DNA of 64,000 bases from Endomicrobiales bacterium (GCA_963796955.1 CAWCNJ010000004.1:352001-416000), one strand, 5' to 3'; positions 39,257 through 50,447 are shown, numbered from the stretch's first letter. Translations and numbers: made by a program. Notes: generated from the sequence alone by a model not told the origin.

Positions 39257-40390
39257 ATGAATAAGATAAAGATAGCTGACTACGTAAGGCCGGAAAGCAG
39301 CAAGTTCGAGCCGTATATCGCCGGCAGGCCTGTTTCCCAGATCAAACGGGAACTGGGTCTTAAGAAAGTCGTTAAGCTCGCTTCTAATGAAAATCCGCTT
39401 GGTCCTTCCCGGGCCGCGATCACGGCAATAAAGAATGCCGCACGCGAAAGCTATTTTTACCCTGACGGGAATTCTTTTTTATTGAAGCAGGCTATCGCGG
39501 AAAAATTCGATATACCCGTGTCGCAGATAATACTGGGCGCCGGTTCCGATGAAATAATAGAGCTTTTGGCCAAGACGTTCTTTAAACCTACCGACGAAAT
39601 AGTGGTCTCCCAATACGCCTTTATCCGTTATAAGATGGCGGGCGACCTGATGGGCTGCAGGGTAGTGACGGTTCCCATGAAGAATTACCGCCACGATCTT
39701 CCTGCGATGCTGCAGGCCGTTACTAAAAGAACGAAGGCTGTTTTTATCGCGAACCCCAATAATCCCACCGGAACCTATAATTCGGCGCGGGAATTGGAAG
39801 CGTTCCTGAAAGGCCTTTCAAAAAAATTCGGCGCGCACGCGCCGCTGGTCGTGCTGGATGAAGCTTATTATGAATTCTCGAGCATAAACCCCGATTATCC
39901 TCAGTCGATGGAATATCTGGAACAGTATCAGAATCTAGTCATCACGCGCACGTTCTCAAAAGTTTACGGCCTGGCGGGCATCCGCGTCGGCTACGGCTTC
40001 GCATCTTCCGAAATAGCGGGTTTCATAGACCGCGTGCGGCCGCCATTCAATATTAATTCCGCGGCACAGGCAGCGGCTGTCGCCAGCCTTAAAGACAGCG
40101 GCCAGGTCACCAAAAGCGTACGCCTGGTTGAACAACAGAAAAAAGTCTTGTACAGCGCGTTCCTTAAGCTCGGCATAGAATATATCCCTTCTGCCGGAAA
40201 TTTCATGTTGTTCCGCTCAAAGCCGTACGGCAGTTCGGAGCTGTTCAAGCTGCTGTTGAAAAAAGGCGTCATAGTAAGGGCCATGGACGAGTATTGCCTG
40301 CCCGACTGGGTGCGGGTGAGCGTGGGCCTGCCGTCGGAAAATGCGTTCTTCATCTCAAAACTAAAGCAGCTTTTTAAGGAAGGCCGGTAA
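39257..40390 (+). CDS. hisC: Histidinol-phosphate aminotransferase
   Basis: KLASNENP, NPNNPTG, DEAY, RTFSKVYGLAGIRVGY. Confidence 0.93.
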   Translation: MNKIKIADYVRPESSKFEPYIAGRPVSQIKRELGLKKVVKLASNENPLGPSRAAITAIKNAARESYFYPDGNSFLLKQAIAEKFDIPVSQIILGAGSDEIIELLAKTFFKPTDEIVVSQYAFIRYKMAGDLMGCRVVTVPMKNYRHDLPAMLQAVTKRTKAVFIANPNNPTGTYNSARELEAFLKGLSKKFGAHAPLVVLDEAYYEFSSINPDYPQSMEYLEQYQNLVITRTFSKVYGLAGIRVGYGFASSEIAGFIDRVRPPFNINSAAQAAAVASLKDSGQVTKSVRLVEQQKKVLYSAFLKLGIEYIPSAGNFMLFRSKPYGSSELFKLLLKKGVIVRAMDEYCLPDWVRVSVGLPSENAFFISKLKQLFKEGR

Positions 40391-40392
40391 CC

Positions 40393-41409
40393 ATGATCAT
40401 AACACTGAAGAAAGGCGCCGACAAAAAAAAGGTTGAGGCAGTTATAGCACGGGTCAAGAAGCTTAAGTACACACCGCATGTTTCCCGGGGCGCCAACCTG
40501 ACCGTTATAGGCATGATCGGCGAGCGGGCTGAACGCTACCGTGAGATGTTCGAGGCGATGGAAGTCGTAGACCATATCAGTGAAATTGAAAAGCCGTATA
40601 AGCTGGCAAGCCGTGAGTTCAAGAAAGATAATTCAGTCATCAAGATCGCCAAGGGCGTTGAGATCGGCGGCAAGAAAATAGTCGTTATGGCCGGGCCCTG
40701 TGCGATAGAATCCCTGCACAATTCCCTGCTCACCGGCGGTCTAATAAAGGAGGCGGGCGCGACTATGTTCCGCGGCGGTGCCTTCAAGCCCCGCAGCTCT
40801 CCCTACGCCTTTCAGGGCCACGGCGAAAAAGCGCTGAAATATATCGCGGCCGTAAAAAAGAAACTGGGGTTGGCGACGATCAGCGAAGCGATGGCTGTCG
40901 ATCAGATAGGCCTGGTGGCGAAATATTGCGATGTGCTGCAGATAGGCGCCCGCAACGTGCAAAATTACGATCTGCTGAAAGAAGCCGGCCGCCAGAAAAA
41001 GCCCGTGCTGCTGAAACGCGGCATGGCGACGACTCTCAAAGAGCTATTGCTTTCAGCCGAATATATCATGGCGCAGGGAAACTATAACGTTATCCTGTGC
41101 GAACGCGGAATCCGCACATTTGAAGACTCGACCCGTAACACTCTGGACCTGAACGCTGTACCGGTGCTGAAAAAACTAAGTCATTTGCCGGTCGTTGTCG
41201 ACCCTTCTCACGGCATCGGCATCCGCGAACACGTAGCCACCATGGCCAAAGCCGCCGTGGCTGCTGGCGCGGACGGTCTTATCATTGAAGTTCACCCGAA
41301 CCCGGAAGAAGCCCTCTCGGACGGACCGCAAAGCCTGCTGCCAACGCAATTCAAGACCATGATGGACGAACTTCGGCTGATAGCCGCCGCAGTTGGCCGG
41401 GAAATTTGA
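40393..41409 (+). CDS. aroF: DAHP synthase (class I-beta) with N-terminal regulatory domain
   Basis: AGPCAIE, GGAFKPRSSPY, QIGARN, LCERGIRTF, DPSHG. Confidence 0.93.
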   Translation: MIITLKKGADKKKVEAVIARVKKLKYTPHVSRGANLTVIGMIGERAERYREMFEAMEVVDHISEIEKPYKLASREFKKDNSVIKIAKGVEIGGKKIVVMAGPCAIESLHNSLLTGGLIKEAGATMFRGGAFKPRSSPYAFQGHGEKALKYIAAVKKKLGLATISEAMAVDQIGLVAKYCDVLQIGARNVQNYDLLKEAGRQKKPVLLKRGMATTLKELLLSAEYIMAQGNYNVILCERGIRTFEDSTRNTLDLNAVPVLKKLSHLPVVVDPSHGIGIREHVATMAKAAVAAGADGLIIEVHPNPEEALSDGPQSLLPTQFKTMMDELRLIAAAVGREI

Positions 41410-41411
41410 TC

Positions 41412-42278
41412 ATGAAGTCCGCTAAGACAACTGTTGCGATAATCGGTGTCGGACTGATAGGCGGCTCACTGGGCCTTGCGCTTAAAAAACGTAAGCCCTG
41501 CAAATACCGCGTTATCGGTATCGGGCGCCATCCTCAAAAACTCTCGCAGGCTAAAAAATGCGGCGCGATAGATGAGGTTTTCACCGACATTTCTTCCGGT
41601 GTGCGCGAAGCTGATATTGTTGTTGTGTGCTCTCCGGTTGATACTATCGGCGCCATCGTCGGCACGATCGCACCGTTCATTAAGCCCGGTGCGGTTATTA
41701 CTGACGTCGGAAGCGTAAAAGGGAATGTGACCAAAGAGGCTCTTGCCGCTTTGCCTAAGGCCTTAAGGAAAATATTCGTCGGCGCTCACCCCATGGCGGG
41801 TGCGGAAAAATCGGGTATAGCGGCCGCCGACTGCTCGCTGTTCTGCAATAGTTCGGTTGTTATCGATCCGGCTAACAAAACAGCTGCGGCAGTAGTAGCA
41901 GCTCTCTGGAAGGATGCCGGAGCTATACCCGTATGGCTTTCTCCCCGGACACATGATACGATAGTCGCTGTTACCAGCCACCTTCCGCATATACTCGCTT
42001 ACGCGCTTTGCGCCCAGGCTTCAAAACTGGATCATGACGGCGAGGTATCCAGGATAATTTCGGGGTCTTTCAAGGATCTCACCAGAGTCGCCGATTCCGA
42101 CCCGGATGCCTGGGCAACTATATGTTCTTCGAACGCAAAACAGATCGCTCTTGCGATCGACAATATGATAACGGCGCTCAAAAAAAATAAAACGCTATTG
42201 TTTTCCAAAACGTCCCATAAAAAACTTCTTACGCACGGCCACTTATGCCGCTCTAAACTGCTTAAAGGTACAAGGTAG
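41412..42278 (+). CDS. tyrA: Prephenate/arogenate dehydrogenase
   Basis: GVGLIGGS, TDVGSVK, HPMAG.E, HD...A..SHLPH, DLTRVA. Confidence 0.92.
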   Translation: MKSAKTTVAIIGVGLIGGSLGLALKKRKPCKYRVIGIGRHPQKLSQAKKCGAIDEVFTDISSGVREADIVVVCSPVDTIGAIVGTIAPFIKPGAVITDVGSVKGNVTKEALAALPKALRKIFVGAHPMAGAEKSGIAAADCSLFCNSSVVIDPANKTAAAVVAALWKDAGAIPVWLSPRTHDTIVAVTSHLPHILAYALCAQASKLDHDGEVSRIISGSFKDLTRVADSDPDAWATICSSNAKQIALAIDNMITALKKNKTLLFSKTSHKKLLTHGHLCRSKLLKGTR

Positions 42279-42287
42279 ATAAATTTT

Positions 42288-43589
42288 ATGGAATGGACGA
42301 TCACTCCCGTCAGCAACGTTTTCGGCGAAATTTTAACCCCGCCGGACAAATCCATCACACACCGGTCTATCATGTTCGCCGCTCTGGCTGAAGGTGAATC
42401 GGTCATCGAAAATTATCTCGCGGCGGAAGACTGCATCAGCACCCTGAACGCTTTTAAAGCGATGGGCGTTGTTATAGACCGTTCCCCGGGTAGACTTTTG
42501 ATCAGCGGCCGCGGTCTGAAAGGCCTGAAAGCGCCGAAAAAAGATATCGATGCCGGCAATTCGGGCACGACCGTGCGTATGTTGTGCGGCGTAGTGGCAG
42601 GCTGCGATTTTTCTGTAACTTTTATCGGCGATAACAGCCTCTCCCGCCGCCCTATGAAGCGCATCATGGAACCGCTGCGCCGCATGGGCTGCACGTTCAC
42701 CGCACGGGAAGATAATTTTTTGCCGCTGACCATAACCGGCAACCCGCAATTGAAGCCGATAGATTGGAAAAGCGAGGTTGCCAGCGCTCAGGTAAAGTCT
42801 TCCATACTGATCGCGGGATTGCAGGCTATAGGCACTACCAGTGTTACAGAGCCGGTAAAATCGCGTGACCATACCGAACGCATGCTTGCCGCGCAGGGCG
42901 CCCGCATTACCGACAAAGGTCTTACGGTTTCAGTAGAAGGCCCCGCCAAACTAAAGCCCCTTAAGATCAAAGTACCGGGCGATATCTCATCGGCGGCGTT
43001 CTTTATGGCCGCGGGTCTGCTGGTGCCGGATTCAAAGATCATCCTCTATAACGTCGGTATTAACCCGACCAGGGACGGCATCATCGAAGTGCTGCAGCGC
43101 ATGAACGCGCGCATGACCATATTGAAGAAATATAACGTCTCGGGCGAGCCGACCGCAGATATCCTGTTTGAATCGTCTCATTTGAAAGCCGTTAAGATCG
43201 GCGCGTCTCTGATACCCCGGCTTATTGACGAAATACCGATACTGGCTTTGCTTGCGACCCAGGCAAAGGGCACCACGGTCATTTCCGGCGCCCAGGAATT
43301 GCGCGTTAAGGAAAGCGACCGGCTGCGGGTCATAGCAGTCATGCTTAAAAAGATGGGGGCAACGGTCGGCGAGACGACCGACGGGCTTATCATAACGGGC
43401 CCCACAAAACTGAAAGGTATCACGGTAGACAGCTGCGGCGATCACCGCATCGCGATGACAGCCGCTATCGCGGGCCTTATCGCCGAGGGAAAAACTACCG
43501 TACAGAAAGTGGAATGTGTGAACACATCGTTCAGTTCATTTCATTCCAAACTAAAAACTATTTGCAAGGACTGCAGAGACAATGGCTAA
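42288..43589 (+). CDS. aroA: EPSP synthase
   Basis: DKSITHR, GNSGTT, SAQVKS, RDHTE, ELRVKESDR, DHRIAM. Confidence 0.96.
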   Translation: MEWTITPVSNVFGEILTPPDKSITHRSIMFAALAEGESVIENYLAAEDCISTLNAFKAMGVVIDRSPGRLLISGRGLKGLKAPKKDIDAGNSGTTVRMLCGVVAGCDFSVTFIGDNSLSRRPMKRIMEPLRRMGCTFTAREDNFLPLTITGNPQLKPIDWKSEVASAQVKSSILIAGLQAIGTTSVTEPVKSRDHTERMLAAQGARITDKGLTVSVEGPAKLKPLKIKVPGDISSAAFFMAAGLLVPDSKIILYNVGINPTRDGIIEVLQRMNARMTILKKYNVSGEPTADILFESSHLKAVKIGASLIPRLIDEIPILALLATQAKGTTVISGAQELRVKESDRLRVIAVMLKKMGATVGETTDGLIITGPTKLKGITVDSCGDHRIAMTAAIAGLIAEGKTTVQKVECVNTSFSSFHSKLKTICKDCRDNG

Positions 43590-44175
43590 CAAACATCCGT
43601 CGCATTTCGTTTTTATTTTTTTCCGGTTCATATTCTGGCTGCTTTCTTCTACCATCTGGCGCCGCAAGATCATCGGTATCGAGAATATCCCGAGAACAGG
43701 CGGGGTTTTAATAGCGCCCAACCACCGCAGCGTTGCCGATCCGCCTATCGTAGGCTCAGCGGTTAACCGCCCGATGTTCTTTATGGCGAAACAGGAACTT
43801 TTTGACGTGCCGGTTTTCGGCTGGATAATGCACCGGACGAATTCTTTTCCCGTAAAGCGCGGAGCGCAGGACATGGGCGCGTTCCGCAAGGCGCTTAAAC
43901 TGCTGAAGGACGGCATGCCCGTGCTTATATTCCCAGAAGGGGGCCGCTCTAAAACGGAAGGTTTCAGAGAAGCGAGGCCGGGCCTCGGCATGTTCGCCTG
44001 CATGGCGCAGGTGCCTGCTATACCGGTGCGCGTTATCAACTCTGACCGTCTTTCCAGTTTCAAGCCTATCAAGATCATTTTCGGGAAACCGATCTATCCT
44101 CCCAGGGAATGTACCAAGGACGATTATCAAAAGTTCTCGGAACAGGTATTGGAAGCGGTGAAAAAACTTGCGTGA
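43582..44175 (+). CDS. plsC: 1-acyl-sn-glycerol-3-phosphate acyltransferase
   Basis: NHRSVAD, MAKQELF, FPEGGRS. Confidence 0.88.
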   Translation: MANKHPSHFVFIFFRFIFWLLSSTIWRRKIIGIENIPRTGGVLIAPNHRSVADPPIVGSAVNRPMFFMAKQELFDVPVFGWIMHRTNSFPVKRGAQDMGAFRKALKLLKDGMPVLIFPEGGRSKTEGFREARPGLGMFACMAQVPAIPVRVINSDRLSSFKPIKIIFGKPIYPPRECTKDDYQKFSEQVLEAVKKLA

Positions 44176-45091
44176 CAATAAACGGCGGGTTAAGGCTCAG
44201 GTTAAGATCAAGACAGCGAAAACCGCCGGGTTTTGTTTTGGGGTACGGCGTGCTATAGAGTTGGCGGAAAAGACAGTACGCGGTAAAGAAAAGATATATA
44301 CGCTCGGCCCTATAATTCACAATCCTCAAGAAATAAACAGGCTTTCAACACTGGGTATTAAAGCGGTGGAGCGGCCCCGGGGTTTAAAGAACGAGACGAT
44401 CATAGTGCGGACCCACGGCATTCCCGCCGGCCTGAATGAAAAATTAAAACAGAATTGTCTGACGGTAGTTGATGCGACATGCCCGTTCGTTAAGCGTGCC
44501 CAGGAAATTGTGAAGCGCCTGTTCGCGAAAGGTTCCCAGGTGATCATCGTTGGGGACAAAACGCATCCCGAGGTGGTGGGCCTGGTATCGTACGCGAAAG
44601 GCAATTGCCGTGTCGTGGAAAAGAAGACCGATCTTAAAAAGATATCCCTTGCCGCTCAGGTCGGGGTGGTCTGCCAGACGACCCAGTCCCCCGAAAATTT
44701 CAAAGAGATCATGGCGGAAATACGCAGGCGCAGGCCCCTTGCCGAGGCGCACAACACGATATGTCGCGCGACGGAAGACCGGCAAAGCGATGTGCGGCGC
44801 CTGGCAAAAACAGTTGATGTCATGATCGTGGTAGGCGGGAAAAATTCCGGCAACACCCAGCGCCTTGCCGAGATAGCCCGCGAATATGTTCCTACGCACC
44901 ATATAGAAACGGCTGCGGAACTCAAAACAGCCTGGTTAAAAAATGCTATAATAACAGGCATCACGGCCGGAGCTTCTACGCCGGATTGGATAATAAAGGA
45001 TGTTCAGTGTCGTATTCGCGCACTTGTGCGCGCCCCGCTAAAGGGAACTTTTAAATATAAGGAGCAGTACGATGGCAAACACAGACATTAA
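44168..45091 (+). CDS. ispH: 4-hydroxy-3-methylbut-2-enyl diphosphate reductase
   Basis: GFCFGV, IIHN, DATCPFV, HPEV, TIC.AT..RQ, TAGASTP. Confidence 0.95.
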   Translation: MRDNKRRVKAQVKIKTAKTAGFCFGVRRAIELAEKTVRGKEKIYTLGPIIHNPQEINRLSTLGIKAVERPRGLKNETIIVRTHGIPAGLNEKLKQNCLTVVDATCPFVKRAQEIVKRLFAKGSQVIIVGDKTHPEVVGLVSYAKGNCRVVEKKTDLKKISLAAQVGVVCQTTQSPENFKEIMAEIRRRRPLAEAHNTICRATEDRQSDVRRLAKTVDVMIVVGGKNSGNTQRLAEIAREYVPTHHIETAAELKTAWLKNAIITGITAGASTPDWIIKDVQCRIRALVRAPLKGTFKYKEQYDGKHRH

Positions 45092-46763
45092 GCATGACGA
45101 TATCGATAACGATGAAGAGATGACGATGGAACAATTGCTTGGCCCTGAAAAAACGATGGAACAGGGCAAGGTCATATCCGGCACGATCATCAGTTTCAGC
45201 GATGAGGGCGTGATGGTGGATCTGGGCACTAAATCCGAGGGGCTGATCCCTAAATCGGAATTCGGCTCCAAGGCGATGCCCTCTGAATTCGTGGCGGGTG
45301 CCCGTGTGAATGTCAGATATGTAAAATACGATCCGGATCTCGGCCACGCTATCGTTTCTTACCGTCAGGTGCGCGATCAGGAGATATGGGATACGCTGGA
45401 TACGGCTTTTAAAGCCGCCACCCAGGTAGAAGGCACTATTCTGAGAAAGATCAAGGGCGGTTTTACCGTCGACATTGGTGTGGAAGCCTTTTTGCCGGCG
45501 TCCCAGCTGGAACTGCGCATGCCGAAGGACCCGGATAGTTATGTGGGTAAAAAATTCACTTTTGCTGTTGCAGAGTTCAACCGCACACAGCGTAACGTCG
45601 TGCTTTCCCGCCGTACCTTGCTTGAAAAAGAGCACAAAGAAAAAGCCGGTGTGATCATGGCCACCCTCGTCGAAGGCAGCATTCTGGACGGTGTGGTTAC
45701 CAATATTACCGAATTCGGCGCTTTTGTCGACATCGGCGGTATCGAAGGCCTGTTGCACATCGGCGATCTTGCATGGTTCAGGGTCGCGAAAGTTACCGAT
45801 ATATTAAAGCCGAAACAGACCGTGCGCGTGAAGGTGCTGCGCGTAGACCGTGAGAAAGGCAAGATCTCCCTGGGCCTTAAGCAGCTGGCTGCCCGCCCCT
45901 GGGAAACCGCCGAAGAGCGCTACCCCGTGGATGTGGTCGTTAAGGGCACCGTTTCTTCTATCACGGATTTCGGTGTATTTGTGGCGCTTGAGCCGGGCCT
46001 TGAAGGCCTTTTGCACGTTTCTGAAATTTCATGGAACGAAGATTCCCGCAACGTAAAGAACCTGTTCAAACCGGGACAGGAAGTTGATGTAAAGGTCATC
46101 GGCATAGACAAAGAGAAAGAAAAGATCTCTCTTTCCATTAAGCGTCTGCACTCAAACCCGTGGGACGATGCCTTTAAGCATTATGTTCCCGGTACCAGGG
46201 TAAAAGGTCCCATAACCCATCTCGCGCCGTTCGGTGCTTTTGTTAAGCTTCCTGAAGGGATAGAAGGCCTGATACATGTGGGCGATATGTCCTGGACGAA
46301 AAAAGTAAACCATCCGCAGGATGTCGTCAAGGTTGGCGAAGAAGTGGAAGTGGTCGTTCTTGAAGTAAAACCCAAGAGCGAAAAGATATCGCTTTCCCTT
46401 AAGCACGCTAACGAAGACCCATTCAAAAAATATAAGGTAGGCAAGGCTGTGGAAGGCGTGGTTACGCGCATCACCGAGTTCGGCGCTTTTGTAGAATTAG
46501 AGCCGGGCATAGAGGCGCTGTTGCGTATCGGCGAGATCAGCAGTGAAAAACGGCTGGAAAGCGTTTCAGAAGCATTATCCGTCGGCCAGAAGATAGAGGC
46601 GAAGGTCATCAAAAGCGATACGAAAGACCATAAGATAGATATCTCCATGCGCAAGCATGAGCGCGACCAGGAACGGGCGCTGGTAAAGAAGTACGCTAAT
46701 AACACCGACGAACGCCCGACGCTCGGCCAGATGCTGCGGGACGATTCTGAGGAAGGGGATTAA
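45072..46763 (+). CDS. rpsA: 30S ribosomal protein S1
   Basis: Six S1 domains (FGAFV...EGLLH repeats). Confidence 0.95.
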   Translation: MANTDIKHDDIDNDEEMTMEQLLGPEKTMEQGKVISGTIISFSDEGVMVDLGTKSEGLIPKSEFGSKAMPSEFVAGARVNVRYVKYDPDLGHAIVSYRQVRDQEIWDTLDTAFKAATQVEGTILRKIKGGFTVDIGVEAFLPASQLELRMPKDPDSYVGKKFTFAVAEFNRTQRNVVLSRRTLLEKEHKEKAGVIMATLVEGSILDGVVTNITEFGAFVDIGGIEGLLHIGDLAWFRVAKVTDILKPKQTVRVKVLRVDREKGKISLGLKQLAARPWETAEERYPVDVVVKGTVSSITDFGVFVALEPGLEGLLHVSEISWNEDSRNVKNLFKPGQEVDVKVIGIDKEKEKISLSIKRLHSNPWDDAFKHYVPGTRVKGPITHLAPFGAFVKLPEGIEGLIHVGDMSWTKKVNHPQDVVKVGEEVEVVVLEVKPKSEKISLSLKHANEDPFKKYKVGKAVEGVVTRITEFGAFVELEPGIEALLRIGEISSEKRLESVSEALSVGQKIEAKVIKSDTKDHKIDISMRKHERDQERALVKKYANNTDERPTLGQMLRDDSEEGD

Positions 46764-46771
46764 CAAACCGC

Positions 46772-46990
46772 ATGCCCCTGTTCGAATATGTATGCATGTC
46801 ATGCGGTAAAAAAATAGAGTTGCTGCTTTCCGCCGGTGAAACGCCTTCGTGCAAACACTGCGGCGGAAAGCAGTTGGAAAAACAGTTCTCGACGTTCGCA
46901 TCCTCTTCGGGCGAGCATAAAAGCGGCCATAGTCATGGCGGCGGCTGCGGTTGCTGCTCTAAAAGAGAAGCCTGCCCGGGAGCTGAATAG
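46772..46990 (+). CDS. FmdB-family zinc-ribbon protein
   Basis: MP.FEY.C..CG...C..CG, with a His/Cys-rich tail. Confidence 0.8.
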   Translation: MPLFEYVCMSCGKKIELLLSAGETPSCKHCGGKQLEKQFSTFASSSGEHKSGHSHGGGCGCCSKREACPGAE

Positions 46991-47020
46991 TCTCTAAAAA
47001 ATCCGCGGTCTGTGAGCGAC

Positions 47021-49806
47021 ATGAAAAGCCTGTTGCGCCGCCCTTTGTTGGCCGTTGTCCTTCTTTCCTTGCTGCCCGTCTTTCTTTATTCGCAAAACAA
47101 AGTCATCACCCACGATATCCGCTGGCGGCTCAGCGCAATACCTCATTTTGATCTGTACCACTACGACACCGGCGGCACCGTTCTGGAACCCGTGGTTTCC
47201 CGCTATCTTGAAGACGCCTGGCAGCGTTCCACCATCATTCTTTCGACACAACCTGCCCAAATATATCCGTTCTTTCTGTATAATAACCACAATGATTTTG
47301 AAGGTTCTAATATCGTCGATATTACCGATAATACCGGCGGTGTCACCGAAGCCTTTAAAGACCGGTTCCTTATCGCCCAGACCGGCTCCCAGCGCACGCT
47401 GCAGCATGTTATAGCCCACGAATTCACCCACGAGCTGGAGTTCGAATATCTGTATACCGGTTTTTGGAAGTCCTTCAGACTGCTTAAGACAGTGCTGTAC
47501 CCGTCGTGGCTTATGGAAGGGCTGGCGGAATACACCAGCGGTGATCTGGACTGGGTGCTGAGAGAGATGATCGTGCGCGACGCCGCCACCTCCGGCGGGC
47601 TTTTAAGCCTCGATGACCTGCATAATTTCAATCATTTGCTGCCGCATCAGGTAACGCTGGCTTATAAGGAAAGCGAGCTGTTGATGCGCTATATCGCCCG
47701 TGAATACGGACAGGAAAAATTTGCCGTCATACTAACGCTCTTTCACGACGCCTATGCGGTAGACCCGGTCTTAAAAAACGCTATCGGGATCGGCTTGAAT
47801 ACTCTGGACTGGCGGTTCCGTGAAAGCCTTGAGGACTATTATAAGACGCAATCAGCGCAATTGTTCGAGCCGGAGCATTTCGGCCGGCGGCTTACCAATG
47901 ATGGTCCCTATCCGCGTTTTTACAGCGGTCCCGTGTATTCCGGTGACGGCGCACATATCGCCTGGCTTGGCGATGATAACGGCGCGCAGGAGTTGTACCT
48001 GGCTGACGGTGACGGCCGCAACGCCCGGCGTTTATGGCGGCAGAGCGGTGCTATAAAAGAAGAAGCGATCTATACGGAAGGAAGCTGTGTCAGGTTCTCG
48101 CCGGACAATACCACGCTCGCTTTCGCCGGGAAATATGCCCAGCGGGACAAGATCTATCTGTATTCGATCAACAGCGGCGGTCTCAGAAGCTTTCGCCCGG
48201 GTACCGACTCGGTAACCGACCTGTGCTATTCCCGGGATGGGGAAAAAATATATTTCTCCGGTCTTGCCGACGGCATGAGAGACCTCTACGGGTATTCTCT
48301 GAAAGACGGTTCTCTGCGAAAGTTAACGAACGGTTATATGGACAAAACGAACTGCGCCCTTTCGCCTGACGGCAGCACGCTGGTGTTCGCTGCTGAACGC
48401 CTGAACGCGCGCGGACGTATCGAATACGACCTGTGCGCTTTGAACCTTGGGACGCTGGAAAGGCGCTGGCTTACGGCGATGCCCGGGGATGAAACGCAGC
48501 CCTGTTATTTTCCTGATGGGAAGCATCTTGCTTTTATCTCCGACCAGGACGGAGTCAAAGATATGTATACCATAGATCTTTCGAACGGTGAGACGCAGCG
48601 GCTTACCAAAGTTATCGGGGGGTGTTTTTCTCCGAAAGTCTCGCCTGATGGGAAAAAGGTATTGTTCACATCATACCGCAGAGGGCAGCGGCATGTTTAC
48701 GAGATGCTATTAGCTGAACAACCGCCGATGCCGGCCGGCGCAGTCGTCGCATTTGATGTCGCGCGCGCTTCAACGACCGTGCCTGCCTTCGTTGCAGCGC
48801 AAGCCGCAAAGCCTTACAAAACCAAGGCTTCCCTTGACCTGTTCTTCCCGTTCGCCTTCTATTCTTCGGTAGACGGTTTTATCGCCGCCACCTATGCTCA
48901 GGGTTCCGATTACCTCGGCAACCATCAGGCGGCCGGCCTTGTCAGCTACACCAGTGCGGCGGACTCCCTGAACTACGACCTTACCTATTCATATTTGCGC
49001 TGGCGTCCCAAAGTGTATTTCACGTTCAACGGCAAGGCCTATTACGACGATCAAGCGCTTTCTCATAGAATAAGCGAGGACCGTCAGGGCCTGCAGGTCA
49101 ATTATCCGCTTAACCGCGAACAAAGTGTTTTAACCGGCGCTTCAACGATCGACCGGCGCGATACCTATTCTCACACTCCGGCTCTGAACGCGCATTCCAG
49201 GGAGAACAATGTTACGCTCGGTTTTTCTCATTCCAACGTTGAAGGGCCGTATTTGGAAATAACTTCGGGCTTTCAGGCGTTGATCCTGGGACAATATTCC
49301 GGACATGCTGTTTCAAGCGATCTTGAATACCAAAATTACAGCGCTCAGTTAACCGGCTATATTCCTGCCGGATGGGGAAGTGTTGTTATGGCGAATTTAT
49401 TCACCGGGGAGAATTTTGGCCGTAATGCCGGAACGTTCCGCCTGGGAGGCGTCGACCGTATCCGCGGTTTGTCAGATAAGGTGGCCGATACGGGTGTGGC
49501 CGTTGCCAACGTGGAACTGCGCTTCCCGCTGTCGTACAACCTGAACTACCATGCCTGGTATATTTTCCCGGATCTCTACTGCAAAAGTCTGTACGGAGTG
49601 GTTTTGCCGACGGTGGATGCGGCTGGCCGGATAACGCCCGATTGTCCGGCGTTGGTTTTACCGACACGTATGCCAGTTACGGCGTAGGTCTCAGGCTTAA
49701 CACCTATGTCATTGAAACCTTTCCGCTGCTGATAAAGCTTGATCTGGCCCGGCGCACGGATTCCGGCGCCGGAGCCGTATACATCAGCTTCGGCGCGATC
49801 TACTGA
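47021..49806 (+). CDS. Metallopeptidase + PD40 beta-propeller + Omp85-type barrel outer-membrane protein (apparent 1-bp frameshift at 49602-49605)
   Basis: Signal peptide; HEFTH...WLMEGLAEY; repeated SPDG..L.F units; IRGL motif. One extra T extends the frame to ...YGVGLR...YISFGAIY* at 49806. Confidence 0.8.
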
Positions 49807-49814
49807 AGTGAGAT

Positions 49815-50447
49815 TTACCAGAATTTAGACGGGAATTGTTTCAGCGTGCCGATCGAGATCGTGTCGGCCACGTTCATCGCCTGGTTGAAGGTCGCATCAA
49901 AGCCCGCCACATCCACCGTGCCGGGGTTAGGGTACTGCAGATTGATCTCAGCGATAAGCAGATCGTCGTATTTCTTTAACGAAGCCGTAAGCTCGTCTTT
50001 GTTCCAATACATATTTTGCAGGCATAGCAGGGATGCCAATGCCGTGGCATTGTCGTAAAACGCGGTAATGATCTGGGTCTTATCGCCGCCGCCGCTGCGC
50101 ACCATGTTGGCGTAATCATCAATTGTCTGCGCATTCTGCTTTAAAAGCATCGAGGCCTGGTTTCCGGTATCATCGCCGTAATAGGTTCTGATCAGGTTCG
50201 CAATTTCGTCCTGGCTTGCCAGCAGGCGCGTCTTCGCTTTATCCGTATCCGGCGTGTTCGCGACGCGGTCAACGGCAAAGATTCTCGCCCATGTCAGGTT
50301 CTGTGCGTACGTTGCTCTAACGGTAGACATGAACTGAACTTCTTTCGGTGAATAGGAAGTTTTGTCCAGGGTCATTTGCGCGAAGGCGGTACTGCCGAGG
50401 AAACAAAGGGTGAGAGCGAGCTTCAGAGTGCCGAAAACGTTTTTCAT
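49815..50447 (-). CDS. Secreted helical protein of unknown function
   Basis: Signal peptide (AFA-Q), GGAGG SD. RLL.xQDEI...YYG...N.YW...KQFP.KF pattern. Confidence 0.75.
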   Translation of the reverse strand: MKNVFGTLKLALTLCFLGSTAFAQMTLDKTSYSPKEVQFMSTVRATYAQNLTWARIFAVDRVANTPDTDKAKTRLLASQDEIANLIRTYYGDDTGNQASMLLKQNAQTIDDYANMVRSGGGDKTQIITAFYDNATALASLLCLQNMYWNKDELTASLKKYDDLLIAEINLQYPNPGTVDVAGFDATFNQAMNVADTISIGTLKQFPSKFW

